NCBI GenBank assembly: GCA_964016885.1
Contig: OZ024743.1
Coordinates: forward strand, 189,348,001 to 189,412,000
DNA from: Eledone cirrhosa
Taxonomy: Eukaryota
Direction of reading: 5' to 3'
Length of the DNA: 64,000 bases
Program-made: the position numbers and the translations under genes
The notes under the pieces: generated by a model
Database searches by the model: none
Told to the model about the DNA's origin: nothing
The model's input: only the letters and a program-made list of their open reading frames with translations
Shown: piece by piece, positions 11,342 to 26,270 of the stretch
Layout of the letters: each line of letters starts with the position of its first letter
How positions within the stretch are numbered: the first letter of the stretch is position 1

Positions 11342-12191
11342 CGAGGTACCCATCACTTACTGTGATATAATTGTATACGGTATGACATATGGTTTGATGC
11401 CGACTCGGCCATACAGTGAATTTCACTTGGGACGTTGGGTTGAGTGACCGAACGTGAGGACTTTGGGGGATGGCAGTTATTGCGGACCTGTCGTATTTTC
11501 AATTTCCTCACTGGAGTGCCGGCTGTACATGTACCCTACCTTTCTTCAACTCATCGTACTTTATTTTATTTTAGAATTTAGGTGTTTATCGTAGACCGCC
11601 TATGCGGATAAATACCATGGGTATATGTTTTGGAAACATAGTGTTATCTCGCCTAACGCTCGGAACTGGAACCAATGGATGTTGTTCGTAGGGTGCTGAT
11701 ATGATACGGCGAATCGAGGTGTTACAAAGCGATATAACTGGAGTACACCATCCTTCCTATGGACAATCATACATGTAAAGCTGCACCACCGCTAACCAAC
11801 TATTCTTCTCACAGACTCATGCTTGCAAGCTCTCTTAATCTGCCTGTACACACTGTATTTGCACTGCATGTGCTTTGATGTATCTATGCTTTGCTTTGTT
11901 TTGTTTTGTTTTTGTTTTTTGTTTTGTTTTTTTATCGTTTTTTTATTGTTTTTGATCATGCTGAGTAACACCTCCACTCATTCCTTGCTACCCTCTCCCA
12001 ACCTCATTTTCATCTATCGCACCATTTATGTGATAAATTGTTGAGGTAATTTTTGATGTAATTTTTTATGACATTTTATGACATTATGTGCGTCAAGTAT
12101 TGTGTCTTTTTCTATATAGCACTGGTCTCGGGAACCCCTTACTGGTCCTTTAACCTTGGTCTGGTGATGCAGCTTGATGGAGCATGCAACT

Positions 12192-12259
12192 ATTGTTCAT
12201 AGGCTCTGATGATTCCTGCCATAGGGCGTGGATGAAATACTGTTAGCTAATAAAACAAT
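12192..12259 (+). ncRNA. Type I hammerhead motif in a non-coding module (about 11340-12400)
   Basis: GGCT-CTGATGA-T-TCC..GGA-T-GAAA-TACTG-TT-AGCT with a distal ATTGTT/AACAAT extension. Confidence 0.6.
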
Positions 12260-12481
12260 GTATTTCTAAGCACTCTTTGGTTATTCCTAAAAGTATAGCG
12301 GCTCCGTACCATACAAGTTATCGTACATTGAGCTAAAACGACACTGTTATACCAAGAGCAATATATCTGCGTGTCTGTGCACATTGATATATTTGTCAAC
12401 GAAACTATATATAGATATATGTATATATATAATATATATAAATATATATTTATATATATAATATATATATAATATATATAT

Positions 12482-12512
<31 letters not shown>

Positions 12513-12514
<2 letters not shown>

Positions 12515-13030
12515 CGATATTAAATAAATGGAAACTATATTTATAAAACCATATTTATTTCATTATATATATTTCAGGGATATCATATTAAAAATATGTT
12601 ATGCCTTCTTCAGACAAAATACAATATAAACAGTCTTATAAATAGATAGATTCGACATACCTTTCAACTTCGACTTCTATTTGAAAAGTTGATTTGGTAG
12701 TGAAAAAATATTAGGGACAGTTATAAAAAGAAAGAAAGAAAAATGAAGAAAAAGAAGAAATGCATGCAACTACATAGAGAGAGATAGATATAGAGAGATA
12801 GATAGAGAGAAGAAATTCATGTAAAGAAACAGAGAGAGAGATATAGAGAGAGGAAAAAAACACAGAGGGAGATAGATAGAGAGAGAGAGAGAGAAGAGAG
12901 GAGAGAGAGAGAGAGAGAGAAAATATAGAGAGATAGATATAGATAGAGATAGAGAGAAAGAAAATAGGTAGTTGGGCACCAGTTGAATGACGTATCAATG
13001 ATATATTATTTATTTATTTATTTATTTAGC
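12513..13030 (-). mobile_element. PLE-end module family C
   Basis: Homologous to 59478-60290, 61846-62362 and 17960-18095. Confidence 0.75.
12556..12621 (-). ncRNA. Type I hammerhead ribozyme (family C)
   Basis: Minus strand TATTTTGT-CTGAAGA-AGG..CCT-GAAA-TATATA-TA-ATGAAATA. Confidence 0.75.
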
Positions 13031-13094
13031 TCTAGTATTAATGTAGAGAGAGATATATGTGGTTAAGAGAGAAAACAGCCGTTACATAGAGATC

Positions 13095-13170
13095 AATAAG
13101 ACTTCAGTTGCATTTTCGATTTCATCCCTTTTTCTTTATACTTCCACTCGTGTAGGACACCTCGGTTATT
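13095..13170 (-). ncRNA. Degenerate hammerhead motif
   Basis: Minus strand AATAA-CCGAGGT-GTCCT..GGGAT-GAAA..GTC-TTATT; two core substitutions. Confidence 0.4.
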
Positions 13171-13195
13171 TTTCATTTTGTAAAAAAAACCTCAC

Positions 13196-14565
<1,370 letters not shown>

Positions 14566-15876
14566 AGGATTTGTAACACAACAGTTAGTTCACCATACCG
14601 AGAACAATTGTTTCACCTTTACGGATCTTCAGCTCGTAATGGACATGGTTATACGGAACAAGAAGGACAACCGTACGAACACGCATGCATAGAAACGATC
14701 ACTTCACCCAGGCAATACAAAACTGCGTGTGAGAGCTGTAAGGGAAATAACTGCGAAATCCGAAAGGTTCTAGTTGATAAGAAAATTAAGATGTTGTTAT
14801 TCAATCTGGAGCTTTGTAGTTATGTAAAAGGTGTTTCCAGACATGCGGACCACGCGTGAAGAATTCATTTCTTGGTTTAGGCAATCGCTATTGCGTAATC
14901 TCTTTAGAATATTTATCCGTTCATCAATACATAGTCCACAAGACGGATTACCCCTTGCGTATGGCTTGTACTTAGTGATGGCTTTCCATTGAATAGAGTA
15001 GTCTATACTTGAGTCCTTGAAGGACCCTACGTGGCTCGCGAGTTTCGTGGATTATCGTTTGTCCGGGCACCTAAAAGTCAACTGATGGTTCAGGAGGCGT
15101 TCCTTAAATCGGCCCTCCGCCATACCCACATAGGATTTGACCTCCTGTGGTTGATTTAATCGGTTGGAAGTGACCACAGCTTCATAAACTACAACAGATG
15201 TGTTGCATTGGTGTTGAAGGAGACACGCTTCAGGCTTTCTGCAAGAGCACTCTGGTGGGGTGTTGCTCTTAGGGCTGTTGGAAATGTGGACTTTCATATT
15301 CTTAGCGCAGGAGTACCCTAGTTTTACTTTGAGTCTGTTAAAGATGGAGCGGTATTTGTGACCTGTGTGAAAGTGTCTATCTAAGAGGGCTAAAAGATGT
15401 TTTCCTACGTTAGTTTTAACGTTGAGTGAGAAGGGAGGAGAAAACCAGATAGTTTGTCTATTGTTATGCTTTCTTTTCTTATTGCTGTTGTTGTTAGTGG
15501 GAGAGTAAGTGATAGGTTGCGAGAAGCCGCTGTTACCTAACGCCGTGTTATAGTAGGGTGCCGCTCTGTCAAAGATAGCCTTATTAGAGGAGAGGTTAGA
15601 GATTCTAGTATTGATATTATTTACGAAGTTTCTAAAAACAGTGGGAGGGTGGCATGAGTCTTTGTGAATGTAATTGAGTTTTTCGTTAAGTTTATGGAAG
15701 GGTCTGTAGGTGTGTGTGCGAAGGTCTAAATTAATGTCTAAGAAATCTACGCTATAGAGGTTGGTTGCTACTGTTATCCTAAGTCCTAACTCATTGAAGG
15801 TAGAAGTTAAGTCTTTTTTAAACCGGTTGAGGTGGTGACCACTTTTATGGTGTTTATCGGTGTTTCAAAAAGAGTT
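14566..15876 (-). mobile_element. 5'-truncated Penelope-like element (RT C-terminus, GIY-YIG, 3' end)
   Basis: VDFLDINLDL..YRPFHK..SCHPP..IWFSPPFSLNVKTNVGK..CSCRKPEACLLQHQC..VVYEAVV..YVGMAEGRFKER..CGLCIDE. Confidence 0.92.
14599..14636 (-). ncRNA. Minimal type I hammerhead ribozyme
   Basis: Minus strand CGAG-CTGAAGA-T-CC-gtaaa-GG-T-GAAA-CAATTG-TT-CTCG; palindromic stem III. Confidence 0.8.
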
Positions 15877-17940
15877 CGTCATTTTTGTTTACGGCCGCTT
15901 TGGACTTTGCCAAACCACTTACACCCATCAGCGACCAGGAAAGAATCATCATTTTCCATGCCAGGAAGACAGTCCTCCTCTTCGACAATTCCAATTGGAT
16001 ATAGAGAGCTTGCGACACCCCCTTCGACGTCAGTATGGTCACGACCGACTCGGTGGAGGTGACCGATCTCATAGGATTATTCTTACTACATAAACTCACT
16101 GAAATCGTTCCTGCTTTCGTCGCTGGATTGTACCGAGACGATGGGCACCTTAACCTCAAAGGCTATCACCCCAGCAGTACGGACCGGCTCCGTAAACACC
16201 TAATCACTTTCTTCCGGGAGTGGGGTTTTAAAATCACCTTACAGACGTCCCTAACCCGAGTCAATTTCCTGGACGTTACCCTCAACCTCGAAAATGACCT
16301 GTACTACCTATACAGGAAACCAAACGACAACCTACACTACATCCACCGCTGCTCTAACCATGCTAGCAACATCACCAATAGCCTGGTTATAAAAGTCTCC
16401 CTCCGCATATCTCGTTTGTCCGCTAATGTGCAGATATTCGATAAACATGGGCCTTATTACAGCCAGGCCCTCAAGTGAAACGGCTTTCGGGAGGAAATCT
16501 CATTTTACCCAGGCTCCCCTAGCGGAACGAGCATACGATGCCGCCACTCACACTACGTAACGTGGTTCAACCCTCACCACAATGCCGAGGCTGCAATACC
16601 AATCGGGAAAATCTACTTTAGACTCCTTGAAAATCGCTTCCCACCACAACACCGCTACCAAAACATAATCAACAGAAACAGTATCAAACTCTCCTACAGC
16701 ACCACATCCAACTTCGCACAAAACATCGCCTCCTAAAACAACAAGAAACTCAACTCCTACGGAAGAAACAGCCTAGACATTAGTGGAGAACCGACCAGGA
16801 GATGAAACTTTCCTGATAGATCTACATGCCTCCTCAACAACAGATGCCGAGAACGTAACGTGATCTACCAATGCAACGTGAGGACGGAAAATTCCAACAA
16901 AGCCTATATAGGATTAACTCCTGTGACTTTAAGACCCGGCTCTACCAACACCGACTTACGTTCAGAAACCCGACCCGGCGACATGCCACTACACTTTCGG
17001 ACCACATCTGGGGCCTCCAAGATAATAATATCACATACCATCTAACTTGGAGCTTACTTTCCAGGGCTAACTCCTACTCGGGTTGACGCCGTCCGTGTAA
17101 CCTATGCTCGGAGGAAATAATACAAATGCTGTTTACGAAGGACCAAATCCTAAACAAAAAAGACGACCTTGTAACCGCATGTAAACACCGATAGCGTAGG
17201 ACTTACCATGCCTCCAAACCACCTCATGACCCGGGTGGATAGACAGTGGCTGTAACTTCCTTCTTTTCCCCACTTGCCGAACAAGATAGGGGAAACCCTA
17301 GCATACATAGGTAGATGTAATTCTTTTCTTTTTTTCCCTTTATCTCTTCCTCTCACTTCCTTCCACTCCCTCACCTCTTCCATTTCCTTTTTCCTCTTTC
17401 GCTTACCCTGAGGCAACCCATCGGGCTTTTGTAGCCCCAGTACCCCCACCCTCCGCGAATTATATATAAAATTTGCTGAAAACGCAACACCAGCTAAAAA
17501 TATAGCAGCTGCTTTAGACTCTAGTTTTTATTTTAATTTTATAATTTTCCGATTCCTGTATAATTCTATTTTCGCTTTCTTTCTAGCCAGCCTATTTCAT
17601 CCACACTCCTTAGAATTTGCTGTATAGAATTTACTTTTAACGCTTGACCGGCTTCACCCACTCCCTCATTGTTCTATAAACAAGTTCAGCCACCCCCACC
17701 CCTTACCAACCGCCATGAAAGATTTAACTGTGTTTACAAGAAACGTCGACCAATCCTTTTGAAATACCTGATTGTCGCATGCCCGTATATGGAATTACCC
17801 CTTGAAAAGCTCGGCTATTTCTTTAGCACACTAAAAATTCAATTTAGTCCAGAAATAGACGTCGAAACGGCTTCAGCTCTGCCGTCGGGGTCCTGAACCT
17901 TTTCCTATTACCCACTCTATCCAGTGAATTTCCAACCGAT
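15877..17940 (+). mobile_element. Decayed Penelope-like element (RT core to GIY-YIG to about 17200, then 3' end)
   Basis: FDVSMVTTDSVEVTDLIGLFLL..GLYRDDG..VNFLDVTLNL..YRKPND; IYQCNV..YIG..FKTRLYQH; stops and frameshifts. Confidence 0.92.
17797..17891 (+). ncRNA. Type I hammerhead motif, U3-A8 core variant (family D)
   Basis: ACCCC/GGGGT stem I; TTGAAAA; CTATTTCT/AGAAATAG in stem II; GAAA; ACGGC/GCCGT stem III; GUC site. Confidence 0.7.
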
Positions 17941-17987
17941 AAGGTATGATTTTCATGGGTATGTTTCTATTTATAAAATAAACTTTG

Positions 17988-18052
17988 TATTTTATCTGAT
18001 GAAAGCGTACCAATGTTGTCTTGGTTACCCTTGAAATATATATAATAAAATA
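17988..18052 (+). ncRNA. Type I hammerhead ribozyme (family C)
   Basis: TATTTTAT-CTGATGA-AAG..CTT-GAAA-TATATA-TA-ATAAAATA. Confidence 0.85.
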
Positions 18053-18188
18053 AATATGGTTTTATAAATATAGTTTCCATTTATTTAATATCATTGAATA
18101 TTTACTCCAGTAACTTGTTGAGTGCTCTAAATCAGTTATAAACATTTATGTTTGTCGGACTTCCAACAAATTAAATACCACTTCTACT

Positions 18189-18192
<4 letters not shown>

Positions 18193-18283
<91 letters not shown>
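18193..18283. repeat. (TG)n microsatellite
   Basis: Pure TG tract. Confidence 0.97.
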
Positions 18284-18286
<3 letters not shown>

Positions 18287-18713
18287 GAAAAAAAGGAAAA
18301 TAATTAATTCACTTGTAGTGCTAAATAATTTGATTTAATTTTATATTATAATATTATGACTTGGTAGATCTAGTAAGTTCTTTGTTAACTTCAGTGGGAA
18401 GAATTTTAAAGATTCCTGGTTAACTTTCTTGGAGAACTTTCTCGCATTCGTCGATGGCGATTGTCAAACTGAGATCAGGTTGTGTTGTGATGTGTGACTC
18501 AATATATAATAGAGATTTGGATGTGTGTGGGGTGTGGTGTTAATGAAGATGTAAAGGAATTAAATCATACACACACGCACACACACACATATATATATAT
18601 ATACACACAGAAAATGGTGAAGGTGGACCATCAAGATAAGGGTATATAAGAAAGTCGTTGTAAAAAATCCCCTCCTGCTGGTTTTATTTCATTATGTATA
18701 TATATATATGTAT

Positions 18714-18810
18714 AGGTTAACTTTGCCTTTCATCCTTACGGGGTCGATAAAATAAAGTACCAGTAATGTACTGGGTATTTGCTGGCGTTGTGCGAATAGT
18801 AGAAACAATT
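18714..18810 (+). mobile_element. Truncated SINE family A
   Basis: CTTTGCCTTTCATCCTTACGGGGTCGATAAAATAAAGTACCAG. Confidence 0.8.
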
Positions 18811-19361
18811 TTGTATATGTATATATATATATATATGTATATACTATATGGCCCGTCCGGCTGCACCCCGGCTAGGTATACCTGCCCCTACCACACCACT
18901 GCAAAGATACCAGACACCCTCCGGTGTCACATTGTCCTTTCGACTTCGTAGCAAAGGGGAGGAGCTACCGTAGAAATGAGTTTAAAAAGAAAGAGTTAAG
19001 ATGTGTTGTTAATATACATACACATATACATACATACATACATATATACGACCATCAGCTTTATAAGTATAGATACGTGTGTGTGTATGTTTGTGTATGT
19101 GTGTATGTGCATGTGTGTGTGTCTGTGTGTTTTGTTTTGATGTTATCCGGCAATTGGCGAAATCAGGTGTGAAAGTATATGTATTTGTGTGTGTGTGTGT
19201 GTGTGTGTTACTTATGCGAGCGTCGAGAGATGAAAGATGTACCACGGAAATGAACGTTATTTTTCAATCACCGCTACATTTGATCATACACATTGTTTAT
19301 TTCAAAATTATTTTAATGCCGATACTTGATTTAACGTCATTGGAAACGATCACTTGCTGGT

Positions 19362-19408
<47 letters not shown>

Positions 19409-19514
19409 AACTAACACTTTAATTGTATCTATCTCTGTCTAACGGCTTATCTTTCTCTTTTCCATTCCCTCTGTGTTTCTATCTCTCTCTGTAGATGTGT
19501 GTGTGTAGTTTTCC

Positions 19515-19580
<66 letters not shown>

Positions 19581-19801
19581 ATATTGAAGGGAGATACGGA
19601 AACTAAAACAGTGTTGTCATATAGAGAGTGAAGAGCGAGAGAGAGAGTAAAGCAGTTAAATTATAGAGAGGGGGAATGATCTATTATATAGAGACGGAAC
19701 AGCATCGGATAGATTAAAGCTAAGAAACTATAGCGAGGTGTGTAGGATAGATATATACATACATACATAATACACACGGCGCTCAGCTTTATAATATTAT
19801 A

Positions 19802-19872
<71 letters not shown>

Positions 19873-19886
19873 GTATATATACATGC

Positions 19887-19946
<60 letters not shown>

Positions 19947-20164
19947 ATATATATGTATATATATATGTATATATATATATGTATATATATATGTATATAT
20001 ATATGTATATATATATGTATATATATATATGTATATATATATATGAATATGTATATGTATATATATATATGTATATATATATGTATATATATATGTATAT
20101 GTATATATATATATGTATATATATATGAAATATAAGAATCAAAGAACTGTTCAAAACATTTTTG

Positions 20165-20211
20165 TGCTTACAACTGTTTCCTCCAAAGCGAGGTTTGGAT
20201 TCTTCGGAGCA
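20165..20211 (-). ncRNA. Minimal hammerhead motif (U4 to C)
   Basis: Minus strand TGCT-CCGAAGA-A-TCCAAA..TTTGGA-G-GAAA-CAGTTG-TA-AGCA. Confidence 0.6.
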
Positions 20212-21689
20212 ATTTATTAATGAATGAACACTTATATGACCTCCTTTTCACCCAAGAGACATACAGATACATATGCAAATATTGTGGGTCAACATTCATT
20301 ACAGCATTTATAGTGGCAGTACACACTTAGAGATTACATTCATATTAAAAGGTACAATCAAAAATCAAAAATACAGGTTAAAATACAACATGAAAATAAG
20401 CGGTTATATAGTGCAAATGTTATATGTGTGGCAAGCACGTGCGTCTTGTTTATGTAGTGTGGCAGAGAGTTACGTGTAGTAGAAGCACTTAGGTAGGTAA
20501 ACAAGAGTGTTAGGTTGGTTGATCTGGTGGCAAATTATTTATATGATTGTTATAGTCTGTGTGTGGAGAAATGATATAAGCATTAAAAATAGTGCAAGCA
20601 TTAAAAATATTAAAAATATTAAAAGTATTGGAAATGCACAGCGAAGGGATGTTATGGACTTCATGTACTTCGACATTTTCATAGTCAGGGGAGTGTATTT
20701 TTCAGATTATATGCCCCTTACGTAATCCACGACAATTCGATATTGAGCGTTTGACAATCCAGTTAGAGAATCGTAGTCTTATGTTCTTTAGTTCAATACA
20801 GGAGGCTGTTACGTTTCGAGAATTGACATTGAATATTACCCGGAAGTGTGTGTGTGGCTAAGGGGAGTTAATGCATGAGGGGAGGTAACTCCGAGGTGTC
20901 TATTACTAACTATTGAAATGGGTCTCAAAATAGACTCTAATTTCTATGGTTATGCGCAACTTCTTAAAAATTTCTAAAGCATAAAGTGTTTTAACTATAG
21001 AGTAGTCTATTAAGTTGTGCTGAAGTTGTTCGTATTATTATGGTGATTAACCCCCATCGTAGGGTGCCACAAATGAATATTATAGACGCCGAGCGAGGAT
21101 TCTAAATTAATGATCTCTGAGGTTGTAGTCTACTCATAGGACCAGGCGCGGTGATTGCAGAATCACCTCAACACACAATGATCTCTGGTAAGTTCTGGGT
21201 CATCGCTTGCTACATTGGATGTCGAAAGATAATAATCACCGGGGCCGACCAGAGGTCAATCCGCAGTCCTCATGACCCCACTCTGACCATCAAATCATCC
21301 ATATATGTACAACCCGCACGCCAGTTGCAATACATTCATTCTCTGCACTCAGCGTACCGGTTCTACTGCTCAACAGCGTTACTAGATTAAATCGTTTTTC
21401 ATCTGTCCAAGGAAGGCACTTCCTCCGCACAACACTACCAAGCCAATCAATTCATGCTTAAATTACCCATAGAGCGGTGTAGTGCAGTTCAAGTGGGTGG
21501 ATGTTGTCACACCTAACGTAGAGGTATAAATGGGTATTCGCCCTGCGAAGGGTTCCAGATGGATGTCGTTGTTTGTGTTATATTAGATCAGTTAGTGTTG
21601 GGTATGTGGTATAAGGTGTGCCCCTGGTGTTTGATGCTAGATGTGGTGTTTGGTTCAAGTCCGACATTGCTATATATTGGGCTTAAAGT

Positions 21690-23272
21690 TTTGGAAGAAA
21701 TGTCTGAAGCGGTGCTGGCAAGTTGCAAACACTTCAGATCTTTTGTTAAGTAGGTTACGGTTAGAGAAGATAATATTGTGGGTCTCTAGTATACAGAGGT
21801 TACAAAATTTATTAGGTGGTTTGTACGAAGTCGCGCTGCCTATCACTTCCCATTTGAGTGTGTAAGGTTTATTTTTAATTTTTAGATAGTGTATGTAGCT
21901 AGATAGTGAGGTGGAGTTGGCTAGGCTGTGCTTTTTGAACGAGTGGATGTGCGAATTATATCTGATTTTGAAGCAGTTAGAAGTGGAGCCTACATAGGTT
22001 TCTGAAGAGTTGCTAGTTGTGACGGTGCATGAGTATATGATATCCTTGGTTAGGCATTTTTTTTATCTAAAGGGCAGGTTCTATTAGCTCTACAGTTACA
22101 ATTATCCTGTGTGTTAGTCTGCTGGTTATAATGCAGTGCAGAAGTCTGGGTGGTAGCTATAGGATTTTGGACATTCGGGTTGTCAACCCCGGTGTTATTT
22201 CTTATACTAGTGTTATTTCTATTGTTACTGCCGTTGCTATGGTTGCTTGCTACAGAGGTATTTAGAAGGTTTGCATCCTGTTGTGATTTCATTTGTTGGA
22301 AGTAAGAATTAATTTTACTTTTATTGCTGCTAGCTATGTGGTATGCTAAGTTAGACGTCGTAGAGTATATTTTAATAGTGTTTTTGTTTAAGAGGTTGTG
22401 GTACTTGTGTCCTAGAGGGAAGTTTTTATCTGGTAGTGAGAAGAAAGCCCTAGGTATGTTGGTGGAGACATTTAGGTTGAAAGGAGGGTTGAAAAATGTA
22501 TTATTTCTTCTTCTATTTTTGTTTTTAGTGTTTGGTGTGTTGTTTCTTCCTAAGGCACTACAGTAGTTTCCGTGGTAATGGTTACTTTCGGTGGCACCCT
22601 CCGCTTTGGTGTACTTGTGGTTGCTATTCCTATTATTAGGTTTCCTCATGGACATGTTGTGCGAGATGATGTTGTAGCTATGTGTTTTCTTAGGTAGGAA
22701 CTCAATTTCTATATTATGGCCGGATCTAGCTAATGCTTGATTGTAATATTGTGAGTTTTTGCTAAATATGTTTGCGTCATAGGATAGATTAGAGATTCTC
22801 GTGGATACCCCCTTAGAGATAGAGTTTAATATTGATATAGGGTGATTAGACTTGGTATCTACGTAAATGAGTTTTTCGTTAGGCTTATGGAAAGGTGTAT
22901 ATATTTTTGAGTCTAGGTATAGTGTGGCGTCTAGGAAGTTAACATTTTTAGTGTTTTTGTCCATGGTGATACTAAGGTTAAAGTTTTTGAATGTCTTGTG
23001 CAATTGTTTTCTAGTTCTTTCTGTATTAAATTTTTGATATTCTATAAGTAGAAGTGCATCATCGCGGTACAAACCACCGTTGAGGTAAGGGAGGTCCTTA
23101 TGGATTTCATTAAGAAGGTATAGGCCGACCAAATCAGTGACCTACGCCGAGTCACTAGATTCCATGGTTATGTCGAAGTTGTTGTGCGTATCCTTGCGTG
23201 TCCATAGTTGGTCCTCGAAGGTGATTATGGTTTTACGGGCCGCAAGGATGACATCAATCTGGGCTCTAGTCA
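21690..23272 (-). mobile_element. Penelope-like element RT plus GIY-YIG, 5'-truncated and frameshifted near 22050
   Basis: FDITMESSDSA*VTDLVGLYLL..GLYRDDALL..VNFLD..FFNPPFNLNVSTNI..CNCRANRTCPL; IIYSCTV..YVGSTSNCFKIRYNSH..CNLCILE..CQHR. Confidence 0.93.
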
Positions 23273-23274
23273 TA

Positions 23275-23326
<52 letters not shown>

Positions 23327-23949
23327 GGGTCACTCTTGAGTGCTACTGGTAACATGTAACCCAGTACAACCTGTCGCATGGTCGGGTCGTTGGCGACTAA
23401 ACCGGCAACCCCACCAAGTTTACTTCGTGAGGAAGGTGATTTTGGACATGCAGCAGGACAAAAACAAAACCTGACAAAGGACGGAAGAACACATAAGAGT
23501 CAACGGCCATCCAAAAGTGTGTAAATATGTATACACACATGTACATATGTATGTATATGTGTATGTGTATGTATATCGGTGCACGTGTGTGTATATGCAC
23601 CGGGACATAGAAATAGTTTGGCTGGACACTCGATCGTGCAGTTAAACCACTGGGAGTGAAGGACCACTGGCCAATGTCAGGGCATTCTTCAAGGAGAAAG
23701 CAACTCAGAAAACTGTCATAACTCCGATATAAAACTACGGCTCAGTAGTTACCGATGATGTTGATCTTTTCTTCTTTTCAGGTTATAGCTACTGTCGCTC
23801 AGAGCACAGTCATTCCTCACTTTAAAAAATATCTTCACGTACAGGCATTGCATGATAGAATTAAATTAATAATTATTAATACTGGTATATCATGCAATAG
23901 CCTTACTCGATAACGAGGGGGCAGCCATCGAACATACATACACACATAA

Positions 23950-23994
<45 letters not shown>

Positions 23995-24043
23995 TTATTT
24001 ATTAAAATAACAGATTAAAGTTTAATCAAAGAATTTATTATTA

Positions 24044-24083
<40 letters not shown>

Positions 24084-24228
24084 GATACAGTATATATGTG
24101 TATATATGTATGTGTATATATGTATATATATATATATACATATATATTTTTGTATATATATGTATATATATATATATGTATATATATACATACGTATATA
24201 TGTATGTATATATATGTATATATATATG

Positions 24229-24259
<31 letters not shown>

Positions 24260-24465
24260 GTATATATATATATGTTTATATATACATACATTTTTTGTAT
24301 GTATATATATGTATATATATGTATATATATGTATATATATATATACTAACATATATGTATATATATATCTATATATATATACATACATATATGTATGTAT
24401 ATATGTGTATATATATATGCATACATATATATGTATATATATATGCATACATATATATATATATG

Positions 24466-24504
<39 letters not shown>

Positions 24505-24506
24505 GT

Positions 24507-24948
24507 CTCATCATCATCATCATCATCATTTTACGTCTACTTTTCCCTGCTTGCAAGGGTGGGACGAGAACTGATTCTGGTTTGATTTCTACAGATGGAT
24601 GCCCTTCCTAACACCAACCTCATTTACAGTGAGTGCTGGGTGCTTTTTTGCCGTGGCACCTCCACGACCACTTTACAGTGAGTGCTGGGTGCTTTATTTC
24701 CCTGGTGCCTACACGTCCACTTTACAGTGTGGGCTGGATGCTTTTTTGCCATGGCACCTCCACGACCACTTTGCAGTGGAATGATAGGGACCCCAGTCCC
24801 TATCATCTCATTTCTACAGCTGAGTAAACTGGAACAATGTGAAATAAAGTGTGTTGCTCAAGGAAACAACACATCACCCGGTCTGAGAATTGAACTCACA
24901 ACCTTTCGGTTGCAAGGCCAATGCTCTAGCCACTAACCCATGTGCCTA
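24507..24948 (-). mobile_element. tRNA-derived SINE family B with RTE-like tail
   Basis: Minus strand A/B-box-like head GGTTAGTGG..GAGTTCAATTC, TTCCTTGAGCAA body, GTTAGGAAGGGCATCC..(GAT)n tail; matches 35443-35783. Confidence 0.8.
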
Positions 24949-26270
24949 CTCTAACCTATACTGAGGTTGATATAGGCGAGCATATTTCATGTATTTTGGA
25001 GTAAAACTGAGCAATCAAGGTAAACTGTGGATCTCTCATTTGGCCAAAGCTACATAGGAGGAATGGACCAAAGGTAAAAGAAAAAATTAGCTTTAATGCA
25101 GCAATGGCATTGAAAGAATCAACAAACCATATTGTAAATTGCTATTCTTTATATTTCTGGACAAAACTCCAAGATCATATCAATGATAGGTCACCCAAGC
25201 TTGTCTTTAGTCATAAGATCTTTTTTCTCATCATAGCAAAGTACTTGTTTGTGTATTTAATAAGGTCAATGTCACCAATGAATCTGAGTGCTGTTTATCA
25301 AACAAGCATTAGAAAAGAATCCTATGCATAACAAATTAGGACACCTAAACTTTTCATTAAGTGCACAAAAAGCCTCAGCAGAATTATTTAAATCCAGGTT
25401 GAATCAGTAACGTACTAGCTCTTGGAACAAGATTAATTTTCTTTTGACTATGGCAGTTCTTCAGAATGGAAAATGATATTGTTTATTGTTATGTTGCTAA
25501 TGATTTTAATAAATGCAAAGAGATGTTATTATGAAGCTGATGGTGATGTTTTAATGACAGCTCAAAAGCCAGTTTAAAGTGTTTTGTTGAGTGATGGAAA
25601 TGCTTCTGCACTGATTGTTCACATAGTACATCCAAAAGAAATTTTTGAAAACATAATAATGGTACTGAAAAAAGCTGAAGTAATTGAATGGAACGTAAAG
25701 ATATGAAAGTGATTAGCATATTGCTTTGCTAACAAAGGGATTATTCTATACACCTTTATTTTCTGAATTTCTTTATTTAAGTACTTTTTATTATTTTCTA
25801 AAGAGATTTTGGTGTTGGAAATAAAAACATTTTGAACATCCTCCCTAGTAAAAACCAGACAACATCTTAGCAATACTTCATTTTGAAATATATTTAGTTT
25901 GATAGTGCTTTAGATAAAATTGTTCACACTTTTCAGTATCTATGTGGAAAATGTTATACTCTAAACCATACGAAATTGAAGCAGATATCTTCTTCTTCTT
26001 ATTATTATTATTATTCTTGAGTAAGTCATGGGGAGCAGAGTCTTCAGACATGACTTCCAACATGTTCTGTCAGAAGCAACCATATTTAGGTAAAAACAAC
26101 TCAAGATGTGGATGTTATTCGACTATCTTGCTCGTAGTCTACCTCTGGGTTTCTTATAATTAAGTGTTTTTCAAAATGTACTCCAGTGATAACATGACAG
26201 AGTTTGAATTGATTAAACATTTTTTTTATCAGGAATGCATTAAAGTATTCTAAGTTATTTTTATGTAGTA

